Shown here: one piece after another, positions 53,566 through 64,000 of the stretch
Layout of the letters: every line of letters begins with the position of its first letter
How positions within the stretch are numbered: position 1 is the stretch's first letter
DNA from: Octopus vulgaris
Taxonomy: Eukaryota
Assembly (NCBI GenBank): GCA_951406725.2
Contig: OX597837.1
Span: 31,682,001-31,746,000 of the forward strand
Direction of reading: 5' to 3'
Length of the DNA stretch: 64,000 nucleotides
Program-made: the position numbers and the translations under genes
Notes under the pieces: generated by a model
What the model was told of the DNA's origin: nothing
What the model saw: the letters and a program-made list of their open reading frames with translations, nothing else
Databases searched by the model: none

Positions 53566-54513
53566 GCTGCTGCTACTGCTGCTTCTTACCTCATTTTTCT
53601 TCTTTTTCCACAGTTACTGCAGAAAAACATATATCTACGTATATATATATATATACATACATACTTACATACATATATATGCAAACATACATACATACAT
53701 ACATATATGATGATGATGATACATATATATATATATATATAAACATACATACATATAAGTAGAACGGTGAAAATATGCAAGTCTTTTCTCAAGTTTAAGA
53801 TATGACTTTGTTTTCGTTATCTATATTCCATCGATGAAGCTTTGTATCTTTGTTATAAACCAGCTCTTTCGTCATCAGAGGGAGAATTTAAATAATTAAA
53901 AACAGAAGGAAACATGCATGAACACACAAACGATGGATATCCACACCGTTTCCCTCTACCAAACTCCCTTAGAAGACATTGGTCGGCCCTGAGTTACAAT
54001 AGAAGATACATACCCACAGTGCCGCTCAGTAAGAGGACAGCATCCAAAGCCACGATGCTGCAAAGCCGTATTTAAGATTGTTAGATTTTGGGATGTATCT
54101 TTCTTTTTGTTAAGACGGTGATATTTGAAGATTTGGCTACTATTTCTAGCTGTATCTACCCAGTCTTTTATGTATAACCGGACAGAAGCACGACGTTTAC
54201 TACATTGACGAATGTGTCCTTATCTTGTTACGACAGTAATTATGAACTTGATCGATATTTAGCTGTTATTTCTAGTTTTAACCATCCGCCCTTTTTAGAT
54301 ATCTATAACTACTATATGCTCTAATGTGACCCTTTTAAAAAAAAATAAACGTCAGGCTATTATTTTTTTCAAAATATACGTCAGGCTGTTAAGAAATAGA
54401 CAGACTACATAGACAGACATCTTTCCCTTAGTGGCTAAAGCTATTTGCGGAAAACTTAGCGGCCATTTTCTTCTTTTCCTTTTCTTTTTGTTTTCATATA
54501 TCTTTATAACCAA

Positions 54514-54912
54514 CTAGCAGTATCGCCCGGCGTTGCTCGGGTTTGTAAGGGAAATAACTATATAAGCATTTTTAGAGAGTTATAGCCAAAAACTAGAAAA
54601 AAAAATGCATTAAAAATGGAAAAAAAATGATGGTAAATTTTTTTTTAAATCGTTGACTCATCGTAGACATTTTTAGAGAGTTACTTCCCTTATATATTAG
54701 CGGAAAAACTGCATTAAAATGGAAAAAATGATGGTAAATTTTTTTTAAAATCGTAGACTCATCGTAGACGCGCGCTAATACCCAGAAGGGCTCGATATGA
54801 ATCACGACTATAAGATACTCGGTTTTGGTTAAACTGCACCGCAAAATGTGGGAGTAGTTAGGAATCTAAATCGTAGGAGACAGACACACAACCTTACTTT
54901 TATATATAAAGA
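54514..54912 (-). mobile_element. Non-autonomous Helitron, same family as 49107-49506
   Basis: Reverse complement match with intact TC and CTAG ends at an A|T site. Confidence 0.9.
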
Positions 54913-55698
54913 TTTATGAAAAACTTCTTTCCAACATTACTTCCTTCTGCTGCTACTGCTGCTCTTGTCTATTTGTCTGTAGTTGAAACAGTAGGGGTGT
55001 AATTAAGGAACTGTGATTTTAAGTAGACATCTCAATCACAGTCATACAGATAATCTCAGTGAAACATTCATCTAAATTATCGACATATACATACATATAT
55101 ACATACGTATGTGTCTATGTATGTATTACGTGTGACTGCTGAGATATCAGCTAACGCTTTTCTCACATGGTCAATGACATATGGTAAATTATGGCTGCAT
55201 TTTATAATACTCCACAAAATATTTTTCTATAGATTTTCTAGTTTCAGTCGTTGGACTGGTTACCGTACGATGTGGGAGTTTTTAGTTGGTGATATCTATT
55301 TATTTCAGTCTTATATTTATATTAACGATCTTTGTTAAAAGAATGCTTCAAAGGCAACAACCAAGTTTTATAGACATGTGTAAACTCACTCACACACAAA
55401 CATATATATATTGACTGCCAGAATATATGTGTATATGTTCATGCGAGCGTCTGTGTGAGCGTGTGTGTGTCTGTGTTTGCGTGTATCCTTATTGTACGGG
55501 AGCTAATGTAGGTATATCTAAGTATGTAACGGAAACACAGCACGGTCATCCTCCCAGCGTCTGTCGTACGTTCCTTAAATAAATCACACCACATCCCACT
55601 TCCTATTACAATATGGGATTTGTGTGTGCGTGTGTATATATATATATACATACAAAAACACACATATATGTATAGCGTGTGTGTGTGTGTTGTGTGTA

Positions 55699-56581
55699 CA
55701 GGGTGCGGTTAATAACCTGTCGTCTAAATTACTCCAAAATGAAAATATTACTTACATATCATTTCTACAGGCAGATTTACCAAAATTACATAAAAATACC
55801 TTGAAATACTAAAGAATAAATTTATTCAATAAAATCGCCATTGGCTTCAACAATAACCTCCAGACGACTTTAGATTTTCCTACAACTCTTCTGGACAGTC
55901 TCCTTGTTTAAGTTGGTGGATGCTACTATAATCCTTGCCTTCAGTTCATCTTTGGTATTACAAGGAGTCTTGTTGGTCTCTCGCTCAACTAAGCCCCACA
56001 CATAATAATCAAGGGGTTGCAGTCTGGGGACTTAGGTGGCCAGATGTTAGGGGTGATGTGGTCACAGAAATTGCCTAACATCCATGACTGGATTTTCCTG
56101 CTTGTGTAGCATGGTGTACAGTCCTGTTGCCAGACGTAAGGTCTTCTAGCAGCTACCCTCTTGACGGAGGGTAGCACGACCTCCTCCTGGCACTTGATGT
56201 AGGCCTCTGTGTTGAGTTTGAGGACTTAAGGGAAGACGAATGAGGGCATAACGTAGCCATCATTAGTGATCATTCCAAACACTATGATATTGACTGGATG
56301 TTTGATTTTTATTACTTTCGATACATGTCCTCAGATTGCACTGTCCTAAGATTGACACCCAAACACTCTGAAATGTTCGTATTGGATCTTCCGGCGCAAA
56401 TGCCAAGCAGTACAGCATGTCGTTTCCAACTTTCTTGCAGAGTGACTTGCGTCATGGTGGTGCTTTTTTCTCACAAACGGTGCCCAACTGACCCTACTAT
56501 TCTGTATAGTCGATAAAATCAAAAACAAGCAATACACGAAATTAAGAATATAAAATGCGACAATTTACCCATTGCATCCTC
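55699..56581 (-). mobile_element. Internally deleted maT (DD37D)-type Tc1/mariner element
   Basis: TA flanks, degenerate TIRs (CAGGGTG and CATCCTC), and QQD-x37-D (WPPKSPDCNPLDY after correcting a 1-nt frameshift). N-terminal HTH fragment near 56340-56456. Confidence 0.85.
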
Positions 56582-56613
56582 TATATACAATATATACATA
56601 TATATGTATATAC

Positions 56614-56699
<86 letters not shown>

Positions 56700-56743
56700 A
56701 TGCATATATATATATACACATACATACATAGTACATATATATA

Positions 56744-56834
<91 letters not shown>

Positions 56835-56838
<4 letters not shown>

Positions 56839-57100
56839 GACAAAAAACAACAAAAGACGAAGACATGTGGTGTAGACAACAAACAGATGCATTCGTATAT
56901 TGTTCGGGAAGTGAAAAAGTCTTTAATGTTTCGAGCCTACGCTCTTCCACAAAAAGGAACACAGAAAGAAACAAGGATAGAAAATAGGGAATGTGTAGTG
57001 GCTAGTGATCTATCATGGCGAATGCCGGAGAGAAGGGTCACACAGGAGAGCTGGGGAGAAGGGGAGATAATAAAGTGCTGGTAATCCCAAAACAAAAGTG
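56835..57100 (-). mobile_element. Penelope-like terminal-repeat fragment with degenerate HHR-like motif (56919-56957)
   Basis: Homologous to 26440-26627. Confidence 0.75.
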
Positions 57101-57327
57101 CGTGTGCGTGTGTATAAGAGAATTTGTATGTGTGTGTGTGAAAGAGGGCTGGTGGTCTTGACGCATGCGTGGTGGTGTGTTGTGATGTGATGTGTTGTGT
57201 GTTATTGTGGTGTAAGGTGTAGTATTGTGTGGTATGGTGTGATGATGTTGGGAGGTGAGGGAGACGGGAGTGGGGAAAGCAAGGGTGGGGTGTGGCTTAC
57301 GCTATATATATATATATATATATATAT

Positions 57328-57708
57328 ACTCTTTTACTCTTTTACATGTTTCAGTCATTTGACTGCGGCCATGCTGGAGCACCGCCATTAGTCGAGCAAA
57401 TCGACCCCGGGACTTATTCTTTTGTAAGCCCAGTACTTATTCAATCGGTCTCTTTTGCCGAACCGCTAGGTGACGGGGACGTAAACACACCAGCATCGGT
57501 TGTCAAGCAATGCTAGGGGTAGTACAAACACAGACACACAAACACATACACATACATACATATACATATATATACATATATACGACAGGCTTCTTTCAGT
57601 TTCCGGCCCGAGGCTGTAGCAGAAGACACTTGCCCAAGATGCCACGCTGTGGGACTGAACCCGGAACCATGTGGTTGGTTGGCAAGCTATTTACCACACA
57701 GCCACTCC

Positions 57709-57709
<1 letters not shown>
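57328..57709 (-). mobile_element. SINE family B
   Basis: Matches the family B sequence, with a small internal deletion. Confidence 0.9.
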
Positions 57710-57802
<93 letters not shown>

Positions 57803-58128
57803 ATGTATGTATGTGCATGCGTGGTGTTTGAAAATAATTAATTATCTGCAACAAATGCAAACGATGACCTGATTTCTAGTTGGCCTGCCGGTCTCGAGCT
57901 GTCAGCTGTGAGGAAGTGCCTGGCCAATATGTGCAATTTCCTAACTAAAGATTACACTCCCCACCTCTCTCTCTCTGCCATCACACATCTCTGTTGTCTG
58001 AAGGAAAAACCACACTCACTGCCCAACGTCCATAGACTGACACTGCAGGAAACGCACTTCACAGTCGCAATTATATATTTATATACATATACAGAAATAC
58101 ATGTATATAAACACCGGTGCATATATAT

Positions 58129-58346
58129 ATTTCACTACTGCCCACAAGGGGCTAAACACAGAGGGGACAATCGGATTATGTCGAATACATCGACCCCAGG
58201 GCGTAACTGGTACTTAATTTATCGACCCCGAAAGGATGAAAGGCAAAGTCGACCTCGGCGGAATTTGAACTCAGAACGTAACAGCAGACGAAATACGGCT
58301 ACGCATTTCTCCCGGCGTGCTAACGAGTCTGCCAGCTCGCCGCCTT
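58129..58346 (-). mobile_element. SINE family A
   Basis: Matches the family A sequence. Confidence 0.9.
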
Positions 58347-58421
58347 GCATATATGTATGTGCGGGCGTGTGTGCGTGCGTATTTGTGTGTGTTTGTGTGT
58401 GTGTGTGTATGTGTGTGTGTA

Positions 58422-58459
<38 letters not shown>

Positions 58460-58640
58460 AGTGCGCTTGTGTGCGCACACGTGTTTCGGTGCAAGTGAAA
58501 TAAAGGTGTTCAATTTACGAAGGTACGTTTGATTATTCGCTTGAATCTGATTCCTTCTCGCCGTCACTTCTTAAACATTCTCCCTAAGTGTGAATCGTCG
58601 TGGTGGTCATAGTTGAGATATAAATATATATATATATATA

Positions 58641-59027
58641 GGCGCAGGAGTGGCTGTGTGGTAAGTAGCTTGCTAACCAACCACATAGTTCCGGGTTCAG
58701 TCCCACTGCATGGCATCTTGGGCAAGTGTCTTCTGCTATAGCCCCGGGCCGACCAATGCCTTGTGAGTGGATTTGGTAGACGGAAACTGAAAGAAGCCTG
58801 TCGTATATATGTATATGTATATATGTATGTGTGTGTATGTGTTTGTGTGTCTGTGTTTGTCCTCCTAGCATTGCTTGACAACTGATGCTGGTGTGTCTCC
58901 GTCACTTAGCGATAGAATAAGTACTGGGCTTACAAAGAATATTCCTGGGGTCGATTTGCTCGACTAAAGGCGGTGCTCCAGCATGGCCGCAGTAAAATGA
59001 CTGAAACAAGTAAAAGAGTAAAGAGTA
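58641..59027 (+). mobile_element. SINE family B, full length
   Basis: Matches the family B sequence. Confidence 0.92.
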
Positions 59028-59353
59028 TATGTGTTTGTGTGTTTGTGTGTGTATGGGACTACACGCACATACACACATTCACATACACACATAGACACAC
59101 ACAGACATGCACGCTAATTCACTTCACCTTTGGACACCGAATCGAACGGCGGCTGCTAATCAGTTCGTCCGCAGATTTCCCATATATATATGCATATGCA
59201 TATATTTAGATATATACATACCTATATATATACATGTGTGTATATGTATGTATGAACGAACGAATGTATGTATTTGTGTTTATATATATATATATACACA
59301 TACACATATATGCCTACATGTATATATATATATATCAAGCTATCTAGCTGTCT

Positions 59354-59387
<34 letters not shown>

Positions 59388-59444
59388 GTGTGTGTGTGTA
59401 TGTATATATGTGTGTATATATATGTGTATATGTATATATATATG

Positions 59445-59491
<47 letters not shown>

Positions 59492-59779
59492 ATGCACACA
59501 TACATATATATGTATACACATACATATATGTGTATAAGCATGTATCAGGTATACATATATTTACAACTTTCTATCCATCAATCCATTTACCTGTCTGTCT
59601 GTCTGTCTGTCTATCTACTTCACTTTTTTTATGTATGCATGTTTGTATTTCTGCGCGTGCGTTTACTGTGCTTAAAAACGTTACAGAACCTTATTAAATT
59701 TTGTGTAAGCCTACAGCTAAACTTTCGGGGAACACATTTACACGTGGGCACTAGTTTATATATGTGTATATGGAGGTGC

Positions 59780-59847
<68 letters not shown>

Positions 59848-59910
59848 ATAACACACATATATATATATATACATACATATATATATATATACATTGGCAT
59901 ACATATATGC

Positions 59911-59943
<33 letters not shown>

Positions 59944-60991
59944 TACATACATACATACATACATAAATACATATATACACACACACATACATACATACAC
60001 ACATACATACATACATACATACACACATATACATATGTACATAAATACATACACACATACATACATACATACATACATACACATACATACATATATACAT
60101 ACATACATAAATACATACACACACACATACATACACACATACATACATACATACACACATACATACATACACACACATACATATGTACATACATACACAC
60201 ACACATACATACATACATACATACATACATACGTACGTACATACATACATACATACATACATACATACATACATACATGCATACGTACATACGTATGTAC
60301 GTAAGAACGTACACCTAAATATGGATCTTGCGTTGAAATTAAAAGAAGGAAAATATTTAATAATGCGAGCATTTAAAGGTCGGAAGATATCGATAAATAA
60401 CTATTGAAGTTTTAGCTTCCGTCTCCGATATTGTGCACCTGCAAAATACCTTTAGTTAAATACCTTATTTTTTTTGCAAGTAAATATGCTCGCTATATTT
60501 CATTTTACATTTGTAGTTCAGATGTATCAAAATAAAAAAATAAACATATATAGTGCTTCTCAGATAAACTTCCCTTCATAACTAAACAGAAATCTGTGTT
60601 TTTGCTGTTGTAATTATTTTCCCCCTAAAATAGTTATTCCAATGCAGTAGAGTTACGAAATAAGATATCTTGTTTATATTTTCTCAAATATTCTCTCTTT
60701 CAAAACTGCACATAAACTTCTTTTAATGCCGTTTTTCGTCTTATTTTCCCCTAAAATATTTCAAAATCCTATATTCTGAGCTTTCTTCCTCCCAAACTAT
60801 TATTTCCTTGATGTTTCGATATCCATTTTGATGAAGATAGCAATATTTCTTACATAAACACAAGGTAACTCATCTTTAAGCAATGCTTGTGTATAGTGGC
60901 TTACACCAACGCCCCACAGCACATGACAGGCCTTATTATAATGACCCCTATTGGGTGAAATGCAAACTTAACCACTGGCAGGATTTTGAAC

Positions 60992-61588
60992 CGAGCTGGC
61001 AGAAACGTTAGCGCGCCGGACGAAATGCTTAGCGGTATTTCGTCTGCTGCTACGTTCTGAGTTCAAATTCCGCCGAGGTCGACTTTGCCTTTCATCCTTT
61101 CGGGGTCGATTAAATAAATACCACTTACACACTGGGGTCGATATAATCAACTTAATCCGTTTGTCTGTCCTTGTTTGTCCTCTCTGTGTTTAGCCCCTTG
61201 TGGGTAGTAAAGAAATAGGTATTTCGTCTACTGTTACGTTCTGCGTTCAAATTCCGCCGAGGTCGACTTTGCCTTTCATCCTTCCGGGGTCGATTAAATA
61301 AATACCAGTTACACACTGGGGTCGATATAATCGACTTAATCCGTTTCTCTGTCCTTGTTTGTCCTCTCTGTGTTTAGCCCCTTGTGGGTAGTAAAGAAAT
61401 AGGTATTTCGTCTACTGTTACGTTCTGAGTTCAAATTCCGCCAAGGTCGACTTTGCCTTTCATCCTTTCGGGGTCGATTAAATGAGTACCAGTTACACAC
61501 TGGGGTCGATGTAATCGACTTAATCCGTTTGTCTGTCCTTGCTTGTCCTCTCTGTGTTTAGCCCCTTGTGGGTAGTAAAGAAATAAGT
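60992..61588 (+). mobile_element. SINE family A trimer (one head, three bodies)
   Basis: Bodies restart at GGTATTTCGTCT after AAGAAATA, near 61218 and 61402. Confidence 0.9.
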
Positions 61589-61888
61589 ATGGGTGTTTTT
61601 CTGTACATCCCCCTCTACTACACCTGGAAACATCTTCTGTGATATTTCCTGCTGCCATTAGGTGTTTCGAGCTTTTCAACAATCAGACATCCTCTCCCAA
61701 GTGACCCAGCCGCGATTGAACAAGCCTCAGCTTATGCCCAGTTAGCCCCATCTACGGCTCATAAATTCTGATCCACAGCCAAGTTGAGGCAGCCTCTGCT
61801 GTCTCCACAGTTCAAACAATGATTTGTAACATAAAGAAAATAAGAAATCGTGGACGTAGAAGCATAGCCGTTGGAATTATCTCCAATA

Positions 61889-62056
61889 GGCGCAGGAGTG
61901 GCTGTGTGGTAAGTAGCTTGTTTACCAGCCACATGGTTCCGGGTTCAGTCCCACTGCGTGGCATCTTGGGCAAGTGTCTTCTACTATAGCCTCGGGCCAA
62001 CCAAAGCCTTGTGAGTGGATTTGGTAGACGGAAACTGAAAGAAGCCCGTCGTATTC

Positions 62057-62111
<55 letters not shown>

Positions 62112-62343
62112 TCTGTGTGTTTGTGTGTCTGTATTTGTCCCCTAGCATTGCTTGACAACCGATGCTGGTGTGTTTATGTCCCCGTTACTTAGCGGTTCGG
62201 CAAAAGAGACCGATAGAATAAGTACTGGGCTTACAAAAAGATTAAGTCCCGGGGTCGAGTTGCTCGATTAAAAAAGGCATTGCTCCTGCATGGCCTCAGT
62301 CAAATGACTGAAACAAGTTAAAAGAGTAAAAGAGTAAAGAGTA
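61889..62343 (+). mobile_element. SINE family B, full length
   Basis: Matches the family B sequence. Confidence 0.92.
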
Positions 62344-62666
62344 CATCAATGGCACATTTTCATTGACCCTCAGAACAAGGATGGTCTTCCTGCTTTCCTA
62401 AGGGTATTCCGCCTATTGATACCAAGCATGCAGTAAGCTCTACAGGGGGACTGGCCTGCGAACCGTCTGCATATAACTTCCATGGGTTCAAACCTCGATC
62501 GTTACCCATTGCTTTGCCATCACTTCACCAGCCCTACATATTTCCTCCTCCTTCTCTTACGTGCTTCAGCGAAGCGGTTCTCTCTGGGGACAGAGAGTAA
62601 ATACCTACAGGAACTGTGGCCGTCACCTTTAAGCTTATTCTAGCATTCATTGCTTAATGAAATCCC

Positions 62667-63025
62667 TCATCATCATCATCATTGTTCGACCGTGGTCGAG
62701 ACAATGGAATTTACCATGCTACGCCAGACTTCACGGTCCATCATGGCATTACGGAGGTCCTGTTGCTGGATGCCTGTATCCCTGGAGATTACATCAGAGT
62801 AGGAGAGTGTGCGCCTTCTGGTATTGCGAGTAGATGGCTTTCAGAGAAGAAGAGTAGAAATTACTTCTCTTTCAGCTCTACAACAATGTCCAGCAAACTG
62901 GACTCTCCTACCTTTCACAAGAGATGACACAGGTGGTAGTTTCCCATATATTTGCATATTGGTTGGATGGTGCTTCCACGAGTGATTTTGAGCTCTCATA
63001 AGGAGGCGAGTGTAGGTTCCACCCT
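62667..63025 (-). mobile_element. RTE-like LINE 3' fragment with (TGA)n tail
   Basis: GTYTRLLMRAQNHSW...RRVQFAGHCCR...AMMDREVWR. Confidence 0.85.
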
Positions 63026-63272
63026 ATCACTCCTAATCAGTAATAATAGTAAAAACTTAGCCTCAAGAGTAGATTCGTATACATATATAATTAGCGAAGT
63101 AAATGGAAGGGTTAAAACAGAAATTTGTTCAAATAGAATAACTGTGGAAATATAAGAAAACAATATAAATGAAAGAAAAAAAAAAGAACAAGCCAAAATT
63201 TAGATGAAAGAATTAATATGGGTAGTGAGAGAGCGAACAGTATGTGTGTGTTTGTGTGTATGTGTGTATGCA

Positions 63273-63320
<48 letters not shown>

Positions 63321-63388
63321 TACTTATACATGTGCATATATATATATATATATACATATACACATATACTCACTATATATGCGTGTAT

Positions 63389-63424
<36 letters not shown>

Positions 63425-64000
63425 CATACACGCATATATAGTGAGTATATGTGTAAAATAATCTGTATATAATATATGTATATATATAAACATACACGCA
63501 TATATAGTGAGTATATGTGTATATGTATATATATGTATATATATAAACATACACGTTTCTATATAGGCCATATGTGTATATGTATATATATGTATATATA
63601 TAAATTCATACACACCCTATAATTAATGAGTATATGTATATATGTATATATATGTATATATATAAACATACACGCATATATAGTGAGTATATGTGTATAT
63701 GTATATATATGTATATATATAAACACATATAGTGAGTATATGTATATATATATATATATATATAGACATATATACTGAAGGAGGGGTAGAGAGAGAGAGA
63801 GGGTGAGTGAGAGACAGAGAGAGATTAATTATACAAATTAAAACAAGATACAGCGAGACAGACGGAAAGGTAAAGCCGGAAAAAATAAAACTACCAAAAA
63901 AAAAAAGCAACAAAAGAAAGAAAAAGAGTAGAAGACTTACTAACGGTAAAAAAGAAAAAGAGTAGAAGAAAATAAAAATAGGAGGAGGGAAGAAAAGGGG

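Overview
AT-rich, microsatellite-saturated animal genomic DNA. The SINE, LINE and microsatellite landscape suggests an octopod cephalopod (inference). Almost all ORFs in the supplied track are artefacts of (TA)n, (CATA)n or (GATA)n repeats. One convincing host gene is absent from the ORF track: three spliced exons (12808-15427, +) encoding a small secreted six-cysteine protein. Two weaker orphan exons lie at 1917-3185. Mobile elements include a young CR1-like LINE nested in an older LINE, a 5'-truncated R4/Dong LINE, RTE fragments, a Penelope-like GIY-YIG remnant, Tc1, mariner and maT relics, hAT MITEs, two non-autonomous Helitrons and about 25 tRNA-derived SINEs. There is also a 4.6-kb 35-bp satellite beside a 100-N gap. 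The most striking signal is a set of more than ten type-I hammerhead-ribozyme (HHR) or HHR-like motifs from several unrelated sequence families, mostly in short (TA)n-flanked islands. They include a 396-nt-period retrozyme-like element (43572-44036) and U3-A8 core variants inside long inverted repeats. A second signal is a SINE family that repeatedly inserts at GGTAT sites. All folds and alignments were done by eye and need computational and experimental confirmation.
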